Under the pieces are notes generated by a model. It saw only the letters and a list, made by a program, of their open reading frames with translations, was not told where the DNA came from and did not search any database. A program made the translations under genes and the position numbers. A stretch of 45,909 nt of DNA from Gemmiger sp. (GTDB lineage: Bacteria; Verrucomicrobiota; Kiritimatiellia; RFP12; UBA1067), in the NCBI GenBank assembly GCA_963626175.1, contig CAVFWY010000001.1:1-45909 (forward strand). The letters run 5' to 3'. Position 1 is the stretch's first letter. The number at the start of each line of letters is the position of its first letter. Below are positions 16,939-26,592 of this stretch, one piece after another.

Positions 16939-18295
16939 TATCCTTGGAGCGCAGATAGGCGCTGTAGGCGCAGTAGGTCTGCCAGGCGTCGAACTTCGAC
17001 GCGAGTTCCCACGGCGCGTGCATGTTGAGCAGCGGCGTGCCCATATCCAGCACCTTCATGCCGAAGCGGGCCATATACTGCGAAATCGTGCCGCCGCCGC
17101 CCTTCTCCATCTTGCCGAGTTCGGCCATCTGCCACGTCACGCCGCCCTCGTCCATCACCTTGCGGATGAACGCGACGAATTCGGGCGAGCAGTCGCTCGC
17201 GCCGCCCTTCGACGTGCCGCCCGTGTATTTCGACGCGGTCGGGCCGTGGTGGAACTTCGCCGCGTTGCCCGTCGAATTGACGTCCTCGAAATGCGGGTCG
17301 GCCGTCGCCGTCACGTCGGCGGAAAGCATCGAACTCCGCTCCAGGGCGCGGCGAACGAGGATGTCGCGCGCATCCTTCTCCTGCCGCTCGATCATTTCCG
17401 CCACGGTATTCTCGAAGAACGAACTCTGCATACCCGTCGAACCCATCGAGCCGATTTCCTCCTTGTCGCACATCAGAATGCTCGCCGTCTGCACGGGAAC
17501 CTCGTCCGAAGCGTCGATCAGTGCCTTCAGTCCGGCGAACGAGCACACGCGGTCGTCGTGGCCGTATCCGGCGATGAGCGCACGGTCGAACCCGACCTCG
17601 CGCGGCATTCCCGCCGGCACGATTTCCAGCTCCGCCGAGAGGAGGTCGTCCTCGGTCACGTCATACGTCTTCTTGAGATACTCGACGAACGCCGGGCGGT
17701 CGGGCTTTTCCTCGCCGTCCTTCCCCTTGGCGGAAGTCGTCCACGCGATGACGTCGAGATCCTCCGCCGGAAAGAACTCCGACACCGTCTTCTTCTCCTG
17801 ATCCTTGCCGAGGTGCGGCAGGATATCCGAAATCATGAAGACGGGGTCGCCGGGATTGTCGCCCACCGCAACCTGAACCTTCGAGCCATCCTTGCGGACG
17901 ATTGTCCCGTAGAGCGCGAGCGGCAGCACGAGCCACTGGTACTTCTTGATACCGCCGTAGATGTGGCAGTCGAAGTAGATGTAGCCGCCCTTCTCGTAAA
18001 TCGGCTTCGGCTTGAGGTCGAGGCGCGGCGCATCCGTATGACCGCCCACAACCTTGATGCCGACTTCGGAGATCTTCTTCTTGCCGATGACCGCCGCCAT
18101 CACCGTGCGGTCTTCGTAGCCGCGATAGACGCGGTCGCCGGGCTTCAGCGTCTTGAAACTCCCGATCGGACGGAATCCCTTTTCCTCCAGTAGCCGGACG
18201 CTCTCCGCATAACTGCGGCGTTCGGTCTTCGCGATGCCCAGGTAGCGCATGTATTCAGCGCAGTATTTCTCTTGTGAAACGTATGTCTTCTTCAT
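16931..18295 (-). CDS. M18-family aminopeptidase (aspartyl aminopeptidase-like)
   Basis: [14 protein letters not shown], a GYGHDDR-type block and a metallopeptidase fold pattern. The start is at MKKTYVS (ATG 18295). Confidence 0.88.
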   Translation of the reverse strand: MKKTYVSQEKYCAEYMRYLGIAKTERRSYAESVRLLEEKGFRPIGSFKTLKPGDRVYRGYEDRTVMAAVIGKKKISEVGIKVVGGHTDAPRLDLKPKPIYEKGGYIYFDCHIYGGIKKYQWLVLPLALYGTIVRKDGSKVQVAVGDNPGDPVFMISDILPHLGKDQEKKTVSEFFPAEDLDVIAWTTSAKGKDGEEKPDRPAFVEYLKKTYDVTEDDLLSAELEIVPAGMPREVGFDRALIAGYGHDDRVCSFAGLKALIDASDEVPVQTASILMCDKEEIGSMGSTGMQSSFFENTVAEMIERQEKDARDILVRRALERSSMLSADVTATADPHFEDVNSTGNAAKFHHGPTASKYTGGTSKGGASDCSPEFVAFIRKVMDEGGVTWQMAELGKMEKGGGGTISQYMARFGMKVLDMGTPLLNMHAPWELASKFDAWQTYCAYSAYLRSKDMI

Positions 18296-18302
18296 GGCGC
18301 GT

Positions 18303-18311
18303 ATTATATCA
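18303..18311 (-). promoter_or_regulatory. Candidate extended -10 (TGATATAAT), 7 nt upstream of the aminopeptidase ATG (leaderless configuration)
   Basis: The reverse complement reads gaagtgTGATATAATacgcgccATGAAGAAG. The TGA of the nonamer is the pyrD stop codon. Confidence 0.5.
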
Positions 18312-19262
18312 CACTTCCAACGCACCCGTCAGGTCGCGAACGGACGCGAAACCGTGCCGACGGCAGTAATCGACGATGCCGTCCAGCACCCGTCCCGCCG
18401 TGCCGGGGTCGGAGAACGTCGCCGTGCCGACGGCGACCGCCGTCGCCCCCGCGAGCAGGAACTCGAGCGCGTCCTTCGCCTCGTAAACGCCGCCCATGGC
18501 GAGAATCGGCAGGTTCGTCGCCCGGTGCGCGTCGTAGACGACCTTCACCGCCGCCGGATGGATGCCCCGCCCGGAAAGCCCGCCCGTCACGTTCGCAAGC
18601 ACGGGACGCCGCCGCTCAACGTCAATCACCATCGCCGGAATCGTGTTGATCATCGACAGCGCGTCCGCACCGCCGTCCTCGCACGCCTTCACGTAGGGGC
18701 GGATGTCGGGCACGTTCGGTGCGAGTTTCACGATGAGCGGCAAGTCCGTCTTCGCCCGAACCGCCGAGACGAGGCGGTTCAGCACGACGGGATCCTGTCC
18801 GAAGGTGTGCCCGCCCTCCTTCACGTTCGGACACGAGACATTGCACTCGATCGCCCTTACAGCCGCCGCGCCCTCCCTGTCCGACCGGGCGAACGCCGTC
18901 AGCCGCCGGGCGACTTCGGCGTATTCGTCCACCGAACCGCCCCAGATGTTGACAATCATCGGGACGTCGCCCGCCTGCTCGCGATACCAAGGGGCGGTGA
19001 CGCTCTCGAAATGGTCGATGCCCGAACCCTGCAGACCGATGGCGTTCACAAGCCCGCCGAAGACTTCGGCGTGACGCGGCATCGCGTTCCCCGACCACGG
19101 ATCAAGGCGAATGCCCTTGATCGTGATTGCGCCGAGTTTCGCGTAGTCGAGCGCACCGACGTATTCCGTGCCGTAGCCGAACGTCCCGCTCGCCGTCGCC
19201 ACGGGGGTCGGCATCGCAAGCCCGCCCAGGTTCACGCCGAGATCAACGCCTTCTCGCACCAT
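18309..19262 (-). CDS. pyrD: Dihydroorotate dehydrogenase, class 1
   Basis: ASGTFGYG, NAIGLQG, IECNVSCPNV, LIVKLAPN and GGLSG motifs. Confidence 0.9.
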   Translation of the reverse strand: MVREGVDLGVNLGGLAMPTPVATASGTFGYGTEYVGALDYAKLGAITIKGIRLDPWSGNAMPRHAEVFGGLVNAIGLQGSGIDHFESVTAPWYREQAGDVPMIVNIWGGSVDEYAEVARRLTAFARSDREGAAAVRAIECNVSCPNVKEGGHTFGQDPVVLNRLVSAVRAKTDLPLIVKLAPNVPDIRPYVKACEDGGADALSMINTIPAMVIDVERRRPVLANVTGGLSGRGIHPAAVKVVYDAHRATNLPILAMGGVYEAKDALEFLLAGATAVAVGTATFSDPGTAGRVLDGIVDYCRRHGFASVRDLTGALEV

Positions 19263-19272
19263 TCTTCCCCCC

Positions 19273-20163
19273 TCAGCGCGAAAGCGCGTCCACGATGCCG
19301 CGCCAGTAGCCGACGCTCTCGGCGACGGGCTCGAGGTTGTCCTCGAAGTCCTTCTCGTATTCGAGCGAGCACACGTTCGAGTAGCCGACCTCCATCAGGG
19401 CGCGAATCACGCGCACGTAGTCGATCTTGCCGCGCGGAAGCGGAATCGCCGCGCCATCGGGCTTGCCGACCTCGAAGTTCTTGATGTGCATGTCGTAGAT
19501 GCGGTCCGCGTGCTGGCGAATCGTCTCCACGGGATCGACCCCGCACCCGTATTCCCAGCCGACGTCCATGCAGAAGCCGATGCGCGGGTCGAGGTCGTGG
19601 ATGAGTTCCCACCCGGACGCGACCGACGGGAACATGTCCGGCGAGGCCGGCCCGTGGTTGTGAATCGCATAGCGGATGTCAAACTCCTTCACCAGCTTGT
19701 CGATGGCGAGGAGCAGCTTGCGCGACCCCTTCCGCTTGTTCCAGGAGTCCTTCTCGTCCGTCGGCTCGTAGGGAACGCCGACGACGGTCTTCACGCCGAG
19801 CCGCTTCGCATACTCGAACGCCTGCCGCGCAAGGGCTTCGTCCTTCATGTAGATCGGGCCGACCGCATACGGCTCGACGCCCGCCTTTGCGCACGTCTCG
19901 CGGAACGCCGCGATTTCCGCATCCATCGCCGTCAGCGGCAGATGGAAGTCCTTCACGCAGAGGTAGTGGATGTCCGTCTTCTTGAGGATGTCGAGCAGTT
20001 CAGGGAGCGACTTGCGGCACATCGTGAACCCCGCCATGCCGAACTTGAAGCCGGGCTGCGACTTGTCCGCCGCCGCTCCGCCCGTCGTGCGGCATCCGCC
20101 GACCAGCGACACCGCCCCGGCCGCAACAGCCGCACCAAAGAACCCTCTGCGCGTCATTTCCAT
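19273..20163 (-). CDS. Sugar phosphate isomerase/epimerase (xylose-isomerase-like TIM barrel) with a Tat-type signal
   Basis: MTRRGFFGAAVAAGA is a twin-arginine motif. The TIM-barrel family pattern (IHNH, EYE) is present. AAGGAAGGA SD-like element upstream. Confidence 0.8.
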   Translation of the reverse strand: MEMTRRGFFGAAVAAGAVSLVGGCRTTGGAAADKSQPGFKFGMAGFTMCRKSLPELLDILKKTDIHYLCVKDFHLPLTAMDAEIAAFRETCAKAGVEPYAVGPIYMKDEALARQAFEYAKRLGVKTVVGVPYEPTDEKDSWNKRKGSRKLLLAIDKLVKEFDIRYAIHNHGPASPDMFPSVASGWELIHDLDPRIGFCMDVGWEYGCGVDPVETIRQHADRIYDMHIKNFEVGKPDGAAIPLPRGKIDYVRVIRALMEVGYSNVCSLEYEKDFEDNLEPVAESVGYWRGIVDALSR

Positions 20164-20218
20164 CTTTTTGTCCTTTCTTATCCTTCCTTGTGCGAGGTCA
20201 TTCTCGCATTTGGTTGGT

Positions 20219-20227
20219 AGTATATCA
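20219..20227 (-). promoter_or_regulatory. Weak candidate -10 (TGATATACT) for the isomerase gene, giving a leader of about 50 nt
   Basis: The only AT-rich element in the 20164-20292 intergenic gap. Followed by an SD-containing leader. Confidence 0.3.
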
Positions 20228-20292
20228 GATTTCAGATGGGGCTGTAAAGCGAGACATTGAGCATCTCGACGGTGGCGGCGGACTGATTGTCG

Positions 20293-21168
20293 CTACTTGC
20301 GCATGCCAAAGGCCGCCAACAGGATCGCCGCGAAGCCAAGGATGGCGAAGTGGTCGGGGACTTGCGCAAAAAAGATGAAGCCAAGAGCGGAAGTGAAGAG
20401 GATGTTCGAGTAGTCGAAGACGGCGATCGAACGCGGCTCCGCCCAGCGGTAAGCCGCCGTCACGCCGAACTGTCCGATCGCCGCGCCCGCGCCCGCACCC
20501 AGCAGGATGAGAAGCTGCGCTCCCGTCATCGGCGTGTAGTCGAACGCGACGAACGGCAGAGCCGCCAGACACGAGAACGCACTGAAAAAGAGGACGATTG
20601 CCGCGCCCGGCGTCTTCAACTGTCCGAGCTTGTGGACGCAGGCATAGGCGAAACCCGCCCCGATTCCACCGACGAGCGCCCAGACGGACGGCGCATGGAG
20701 TTCCGTAGGCTTCATCACCAGGATTGCGCCGAAAAAGGCGAGAATCAGCCAGAGTCCCTGCCGCCACGACACGCGCTCGCCCAGCAGAAGCCAGGCGAAG
20801 AGGACGGTGAAGAACGGCGCGGTCTTGTTGAGCGTCATCGCTTCGCCAAGAGGAATGCGCGAGAGGGCGTAGAAGTTCGCGAAGATGCCAACCGTGCCGG
20901 TGAGACTGCGCAGGAAGAGGTAAAGCCACTGCTGCGCCGTGAAGTGCCGCGCACCTTCCGCCTCTGCGCCGCTTGCACGGCGGGTGCGCAGGAAGACCGC
21001 CGCGGCAATCAGCAGGGCGATTGCATTGCGGAAGAAACTCTTCTGAAAACTCGACAGCGCAAGACCGTAATCGTCGCACAGGCGCACGAAGAACGCCATC
21101 AGCGCGAAACCGAAGGAACTCACCAGTATGCAGGCGATTCCACGCAAGCGGCTGCCGGACTCGTTCAT
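20293..21168 (-). CDS. EamA/DMT-family transporter
   Basis: Ten hydrophobic helices with a duplicated EamA-type architecture. 4-nt overlap with tsaD. Confidence 0.85.
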   Translation of the reverse strand: MNESGSRLRGIACILVSSFGFALMAFFVRLCDDYGLALSSFQKSFFRNAIALLIAAAVFLRTRRASGAEAEGARHFTAQQWLYLFLRSLTGTVGIFANFYALSRIPLGEAMTLNKTAPFFTVLFAWLLLGERVSWRQGLWLILAFFGAILVMKPTELHAPSVWALVGGIGAGFAYACVHKLGQLKTPGAAIVLFFSAFSCLAALPFVAFDYTPMTGAQLLILLGAGAGAAIGQFGVTAAYRWAEPRSIAVFDYSNILFTSALGFIFFAQVPDHFAILGFAAILLAAFGMRK

Positions 21169-22247
21169 TCCTCGAAATCAAGCGACGGCGCGACATCCAG
21201 ATCGAAAGCCGCCGCACCCGTCTTATTCCGGCGGTAATACGCGAGTCCCGCAATCATCGCGCCGTTGTCGCCGCAATACTTCGGCTTCGCCATCAGCAGA
21301 CGCACGCCCGCGCGCTTCGTCGTCTCGGCGAGCACCGTGCGAAGCCGCGAATTGAGCGACACGCCGCCCCCGACAATCAGCGCACGGTAGTTCCGCCGCC
21401 GAAGCGCGTGTGCCGTGCGGTCGGCGACAACCTGCACGATCGCCTCCTGATAGGAGGCGACAATGCGCGGAATTTCACCCTCTTCCGTGAGTTTTGCCGC
21501 GCCGCCGTGCTGCTGAACGTAGCGAAGCAGAGCCGTCTTCAGTCCCGAAAACGAAACACAGAGATCCGCGTCAAGCCCGGCGAGCGCGGTCACGCCCTCA
21601 CGCGGACGACCCTTCGGGAACGGCAGAAGGTCGGCAAGCCCGTATTCCTTCGAAATCCTGTCGACCTTCGGTCCGCCCGGATAGCCGAGGCCGAGCAACT
21701 TCGCCGCCTTGTCGAACGCCTCGCCCGCCGCGTCGTCGAGCGTCTGACCGACAATCGCATACTTCCCGTATTCGGGCAGGTCGAGCCACGTGGTGTGTCC
21801 GCCCGAAATGGCGAGGCCGAGCGCGGGCATGACGTCGTGCGGGTCGAGCGCGGCGGTTTCCGCCGCCTCCGCCGCGTCCACGAGAAACGGCGTATGAAGG
21901 TGGGCCTCGATGTGATTGATGCCAATCAGGGGAACGCCCATCGAAAGGGCCAGTCCCTTCGCCGCGTTCAGCCCGACCGTCAGCGCGGGGGACAGGCCAG
22001 GGCCATAGGTGACGGCGACCGCGTCGATTTTCTCTTCCGAAACCTCGCGGAACTTGTCGAGCGCCGTGCGGATGACCTCGCTAATCTTCTCGACGTGTGC
22101 GCGCGAAGCGATTTCCGGCACGACCCCACCGTAGGGAACGTGCAGGGGAATCTGCGTGTAAACCACGTTGGAAAGGACGGTTCGCCCGTCCTTCACCACG
22201 GCGGCGGCCGTCTCGTCACAACTCGTCTCAATGCCCAGAATGTTCAT
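21165..22247 (-). CDS. tsaD: tRNA N6-adenosine threonylcarbamoyltransferase
   Basis: ILGIETSCDETAAAVV, GVVPEIASRAH and HIEAH motifs. Confidence 0.93.
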   Translation of the reverse strand: MNILGIETSCDETAAAVVKDGRTVLSNVVYTQIPLHVPYGGVVPEIASRAHVEKISEVIRTALDKFREVSEEKIDAVAVTYGPGLSPALTVGLNAAKGLALSMGVPLIGINHIEAHLHTPFLVDAAEAAETAALDPHDVMPALGLAISGGHTTWLDLPEYGKYAIVGQTLDDAAGEAFDKAAKLLGLGYPGGPKVDRISKEYGLADLLPFPKGRPREGVTALAGLDADLCVSFSGLKTALLRYVQQHGGAAKLTEEGEIPRIVASYQEAIVQVVADRTAHALRRRNYRALIVGGGVSLNSRLRTVLAETTKRAGVRLLMAKPKYCGDNGAMIAGLAYYRRNKTGAAAFDLDVAPSLDFEE

Positions 22248-22250
22248 CTC

Positions 22251-23102
22251 TTATTCCCAGAACTTCCACCACGGGTGTTCCTTCGGCTTCACGCCGCCCG
22301 ATCCGCGGTAAAGTTCGCGAATCCGATTCGTCCCCGCCGTCTCGGGATCCTGCACGAGTTCGCGGCGGTGGAACTCGATGCCGTCCGGCACCGACCAGAA
22401 CTCGCTTCGGATGAAATTGTCGGGATCGACGCGGTGCAAAACGACGACCTCGCCCGTCGGCATGATGGAAATCGTCGGCTTCGTAATCTTCATCAGTTCG
22501 CCGAGGTCGATTGTCATCCACTTCCGGTCGCTCGTGCCGGAATCCTTCGCGGCGAGGAAGAGGTGCTCGCGACCGCCGCGACTCCACGTGAGCAGGTCAA
22601 ACTCGCGGCGAAGCCCCTGATGGTTGGAGAACATCTGCAACGCCCCGCCGATGCGCATCCCGGGAACGACGTCAAACGCCCGAATCTGCCCCTCGAACCG
22701 CACGCCGCCATGCACGAGGACGGGCTTCGCGAGATAGCGCCCCGGCGAACGCAAGCCATAATGGTCGGCAAGAAAGGTCTCGAGCTTCTGTCCCTCGTTC
22801 GACTTCAGGAAGAACGGAGAAACCTGCGGCGAGTCGGAAATCTTCTGCAACTGGCTGCGATCCGCGCGGAACACCTCGATGAAGAGCCGGTCACGCGAAT
22901 CCGCCCGACCGACGCTCACAGTCTCGGGGGAGACATTCACCACGTCCACAACGCCGCGAATGCGCTCGCCGACGACATTGTCGCCGAAATCGAGACGCAG
23001 ACTGACGGTGATTTCGCTCGTCTCGGCCGAAAACGCCGCGAACGAAACGAAGCCCCCCACCAGCAGGGCGAGCGCACGAAAACGAGACTTCCGCATCTTC
23101 AA
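22251..23102 (-). CDS. Secreted hypothetical protein
   Basis: Signal peptide MKMRKSRFRALALLVGGFVSFAAFSAE. Tightly packed between the MBL gene and tsaD. No domain recognised. Confidence 0.7.
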   Translation of the reverse strand: MKMRKSRFRALALLVGGFVSFAAFSAETSEITVSLRLDFGDNVVGERIRGVVDVVNVSPETVSVGRADSRDRLFIEVFRADRSQLQKISDSPQVSPFFLKSNEGQKLETFLADHYGLRSPGRYLAKPVLVHGGVRFEGQIRAFDVVPGMRIGGALQMFSNHQGLRREFDLLTWSRGGREHLFLAAKDSGTSDRKWMTIDLGELMKITKPTISIMPTGEVVVLHRVDPDNFIRSEFWSVPDGIEFHRRELVQDPETAGTNRIRELYRGSGGVKPKEHPWWKFWE

Positions 23103-23935
23103 TCCTCCACTTTCAGTTCAAGGCCGTCATAGGCCGGTTCGACCCCTCGCGGCAGTTTCTTCAGCCACGCCTCGTGGCTCAAGTCATGGCACATGTGCGT
23201 GAGATACGCCCTTTTCGGACGAATGCGCGAAATGTAGCCAAGCGCCGCCTCGAGATTCAGGTGGGTCGGGTGAGGCCGTTCGCGCAGACAGTTGAGGACG
23301 AGTGTCTCCACGCCCTTCATCTTCTCCAGCGTCGCCTCGGGAATCGCGTGGCAGTCGCTGATGTAGGCGAGTTTGCCGCCAAGCAAGTAGCCGCAGCAGG
23401 GAAAGCCATGCTCCACGACAAGCCGTTCGACCGACAGCCCGCCCACGCTGAACGGCTCGGCGTTGTCCACGAAATGGATCATCGGGCGGAACAACCCGAT
23501 TTCATTCGCCGTTTCGCCGATGTAGGGGAAGATGCGGTGCATTTGCACAATCGTCTCGTTCATCGCGAAGCAGCGCATCGTCGCGCCGACGATGCGGAAG
23601 GTGCGACCGTTCGCCCCGGGTTCGTCAGGCGCACAGGGGACGGTTTTCCCGTTGATCGTGTTGAAGCGACGCACGTCGTCGAAGCCCGCCACGTGATCCA
23701 TGTGGGAGTGGGTGAGAAGGACGGCATCCACCTTGTCGATACCGTATTCAATCGCCGCGATTCGCATTTCGGGAGGCGTGTCGATCAGGAATCCGACGCG
23801 ATCCGTGCGCACGTAGGCGCCGCAGCGACGACGCCTGTCGCGCGGATCGAACGACGTGCAGACCGGGCACTTGCACCCGATCTGCGGCACGCCGACGGAC
23901 GTCCCCGTCCCCAGGAATCGAAAGGTGAAACTCAC
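23099..23935 (-). CDS. MBL-fold metallo-hydrolase (PhnP-like)
   Basis: LGTGTS, an N-terminal CKCPVC cluster and the HSHMDH motif. Confidence 0.85.
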   Translation of the reverse strand: MSFTFRFLGTGTSVGVPQIGCKCPVCTSFDPRDRRRRCGAYVRTDRVGFLIDTPPEMRIAAIEYGIDKVDAVLLTHSHMDHVAGFDDVRRFNTINGKTVPCAPDEPGANGRTFRIVGATMRCFAMNETIVQMHRIFPYIGETANEIGLFRPMIHFVDNAEPFSVGGLSVERLVVEHGFPCCGYLLGGKLAYISDCHAIPEATLEKMKGVETLVLNCLRERPHPTHLNLEAALGYISRIRPKRAYLTHMCHDLSHEAWLKKLPRGVEPAYDGLELKVED

Positions 23936-25458
23936 GCCTTCTTTTCCGGCATCTTGCCCGTCGTGAAATACTGCTCGACTTCCTCAAGCGTCCGTCCCTT
24001 CGTCTCCGGCAGGAAGAACGCCGCCGTGATGAAGTAGATGACCGTGAAGCCCGCGAGCACGAAGAAGACGGTGCCGTTGTCGTTCGTCGCCGCGCACCAC
24101 TTCGGGAACACCGTCGCGATTCCGGCGGAGACGCCCTGGTTGATGATCATCGCAATCGACATGCCCGTCGCCCGGATGCGCGTGGGCATGAGCTCGGTCA
24201 GCGCGAGCCACACGCACACGCCGGGACCCACGGCGTAGAAGCCGATGAACATGAAGAAGAACACCGTCGCGAGAACGCCCGTCGTCATTGACGCGGCGAC
24301 CCAGCCCTTCGAGATGGCGAGGAAGATCGACCCGACGCCGCAAAGACCGACGATGATGCCGCTCGTGCCGAGTTTCAGCAGGAACTTGCGCCCTTTCCTA
24401 TCCACGAGCGCACAGGCGACGACCGTCATCACGCAGTTCATGATCTTAATCGCCGCGTCCGCCCAGTTGGCGGTATCGCCGTGCATGCCCGTCTTCTGGA
24501 AGATCGTGACCGTGTAGTTGAGGACGGAGTTGATGCCGGTCGTCTGGTTACAGGCGAGGATGACGACGGCGAGGATGAACGGGATGACGTATTTCTTCTG
24601 GAGAAGCGAATCCGTCGCGGCGGCATTCTTCGCCTTCTCTGCGGCGGCGGCCTCATCCGCCGCAATCATCTCCGCGAGAATCTCCTTCGCCTTCGCCTCG
24701 CCGTTGTTCGCGGCGAGCGAGGCGAGAGCCTCCTCCTTGCGCCCCTTGCGGTAGAGCCAACGCGAGGACTCCTTCAGCTTGAACGCGCCGAGGAAGAGGA
24801 TGAAGCCGGGGATGCACGAGAAGAGGAAGATCATTTGCCAGGCGCGCACCCACTCGGTGACCTGCTCGGCGGAGAACCACGCCTTGACCTGCGCGAAGGT
24901 GACGGATGCCGCCTCGACGCCGTTCTTGAGCGCCGCCGCGTCCACAAGATCCTTCGCACTGCCGACGAAACGGGTTACGCCGACCCCGATGACCGCGACG
25001 AAGACGAGACCGATCGTCAAGAGCAACTGGAACATCCCCGTGCCCTTTCCGCGCGAATCCGCGTCAAGGCACTCCGCGAGATACATCGGCACAATCACGC
25101 CGAAGAGCCCCGCCGCCGCGCCCTGCAGGGCGCGGCCACCGACCATCATCCAGAAGTTCCCGCCCTCGAAGAAGCCCGATGCGCAGATGATCGGAATCGA
25201 GACGAGGAAGAGAAGTGCCGAGGCGATGATCATCTTCTTGCGCCCGAACCACTCGGCGAGAATGCCCGCGACGAGCGACGAAGGCAGCGAACCCCAGAGC
25301 GCCATGCCGACAATCCACCCGATTTCATCGCTCGTGAAGGTCGACGTCCGCTCGATATACGGGAGCGCGGCGGCAATCACGCCGACATCGACTCCGTAGA
25401 GCAGTCCGCCCAACCCCGCCATAATCAGCAGGAACTTCGCATAACCCTTGACCGTCAT
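23932..25458 (-). CDS. MFS sugar porter family transporter with an extended central loop
   Basis: GRKKMI, the C-terminal PETKGRTLEEVE motif and 12 hydrophobic helices. Confidence 0.88.
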   Translation of the reverse strand: MTVKGYAKFLLIMAGLGGLLYGVDVGVIAAALPYIERTSTFTSDEIGWIVGMALWGSLPSSLVAGILAEWFGRKKMIIASALLFLVSIPIICASGFFEGGNFWMMVGGRALQGAAAGLFGVIVPMYLAECLDADSRGKGTGMFQLLLTIGLVFVAVIGVGVTRFVGSAKDLVDAAALKNGVEAASVTFAQVKAWFSAEQVTEWVRAWQMIFLFSCIPGFILFLGAFKLKESSRWLYRKGRKEEALASLAANNGEAKAKEILAEMIAADEAAAAEKAKNAAATDSLLQKKYVIPFILAVVILACNQTTGINSVLNYTVTIFQKTGMHGDTANWADAAIKIMNCVMTVVACALVDRKGRKFLLKLGTSGIIVGLCGVGSIFLAISKGWVAASMTTGVLATVFFFMFIGFYAVGPGVCVWLALTELMPTRIRATGMSIAMIINQGVSAGIATVFPKWCAATNDNGTVFFVLAGFTVIYFITAAFFLPETKGRTLEEVEQYFTTGKMPEKKA

Positions 25459-26033
25459 CAGTTTGACCTCCTCATTACCTGTTTCAAATCACCGCTTGCG
25501 CCCGACACGGGCGCGGAAAGATCCGCATCGATTACCTCGACCTGTTCGGAATCAATCCAAAACTTGATCTTGCTCCCCTTCACGACCTGCGGTTCGCCCT
25601 TGGATTCGTCGCGCACTTCCGCCGGACGCTCCGTGTTTCCGTAGAGAACGACCATTCCCTCCTTCTTATAGTAGGAGATCTTCGTTCCGTAGGCGCGGCG
25701 CATTTCGTTCGTCAGCGCGACGTTCCCCAGTGCCACGATCCGCCGCAGTTCGTTCGCCTCCGTGGTGAAGACATACGCGCGGTCGGCGTGGAGCTGATAC
25801 TGCTCGTCGTCCACGTAGACGTTTTTGTCGAAGAAGATAATCCCGTTCTTGCGGTCATAGTAGGTTGTTGCGGAAGTGATGTGCGCCGGACGTCCCGTCC
25901 GCGCCACCGTCTTCGCCGCGTCAGTCTCATTTGTGGAAACGACCCGCTCGACCACGACTTCCGTCGGGGATTCCGCCAACGCCGAGCACGCCACGCCCAG
26001 CGTGAAGAGGATTGTGAGAACTTTCAAGACCAT
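25458..26033 (-). CDS. LptA/LptC (OstA-like) family periplasmic protein
   Basis: Signal peptide. Repeated beta-jellyroll-like pattern ITSATTYYDRKNGIIFFDKNVYVDD...LHADRAYVF...ALGNVAL... Confidence 0.6.
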   Translation of the reverse strand: MVLKVLTILFTLGVACSALAESPTEVVVERVVSTNETDAAKTVARTGRPAHITSATTYYDRKNGIIFFDKNVYVDDEQYQLHADRAYVFTTEANELRRIVALGNVALTNEMRRAYGTKISYYKKEGMVVLYGNTERPAEVRDESKGEPQVVKGSKIKFWIDSEQVEVIDADLSAPVSGASGDLKQVMRRSN

Positions 26034-26572
26034 GGTTCAATGTCCTTCAGAAGTGGATGACGCAAGTCCTTCTCGCTCAACAGGAACGGCCGCCCCGGGT
26101 TCGGATAGTCGATGCCAAGGGCGGGATCGTCGAACTTAAGTCCGCGTTCTGCCGCCGGACAGTAGAAATTGTCGCACTTATAGGAGAAAAGCGTATCATC
26201 CTCCAACACCACGAAACCGTGGGCGAATCCACGGGGAATGAAGAACTGCCGCCCGTTTTCCGCCGTAAGTTCGCAGGCGACGTGTCTGCCGAAGGTCGCA
26301 CTCCCCTTACGGATGTCGACCGCGACATCCCACACCGCGCCGCGAATCACCCGCACGAGCTTCGCCTGGGCGAATTCGCCCGCCTGCCAGTGAAGACCGC
26401 GCAAAACGCCGCGCGAACTCTTCGACTCGTTGTCCTGCACGAAGTCGGCGGCAATCCCCGCCTCGCGATAACGCTGCTGGTTGTATGTTTCCTGAAAATA
26501 CCCGCGCGCGTCCCGAAAGATGTTCGGTTCGACGATCTTGACGCCCGGTATTTCCGTATCTCTGACTTGCAT
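26024..26572 (-). CDS. rfbC: dTDP-4-dehydrorhamnose 3,5-epimerase
   Basis: F.D.RG.F.E, RGLH.Q, KLVR...G...DV.VD.R and P.G.AHGF blocks. 182 aa from MQVRDTEIPG. The listed longer ORF is an extension across the promoter. Confidence 0.9.
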   Translation of the reverse strand: MQVRDTEIPGVKIVEPNIFRDARGYFQETYNQQRYREAGIAADFVQDNESKSSRGVLRGLHWQAGEFAQAKLVRVIRGAVWDVAVDIRKGSATFGRHVACELTAENGRQFFIPRGFAHGFVVLEDDTLFSYKCDNFYCPAAERGLKFDDPALGIDYPNPGRPFLLSEKDLRHPLLKDIEPWS

Positions 26573-26579
26573 GGCGCAG

Positions 26580-26588
26580 ATTATACCA
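26580..26588 (-). promoter_or_regulatory. Candidate extended -10 (TGGTATAAT), 7 nt upstream of the rfbC ATG (leaderless configuration)
   Basis: The reverse complement reads atatTTGGTATAATctgcgccATGCAAGTC. Confidence 0.5.
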
Positions 26589-26592
26589 AATA

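Noticed and set aside
15294-17546. Long N-terminal extensions of listed ORFs: pgi 750 aa, rfbC 26024-26800, metK from 7362, hemW from 8063, ruvB from 36672, rpoD from 33552, rsfS from 11357
   Set aside because: The extensions run through neighbouring genes or promoter elements and have Arg-rich, non-homologous sequence. Family-typical N-termini and lengths support the internal starts given in the feature table.
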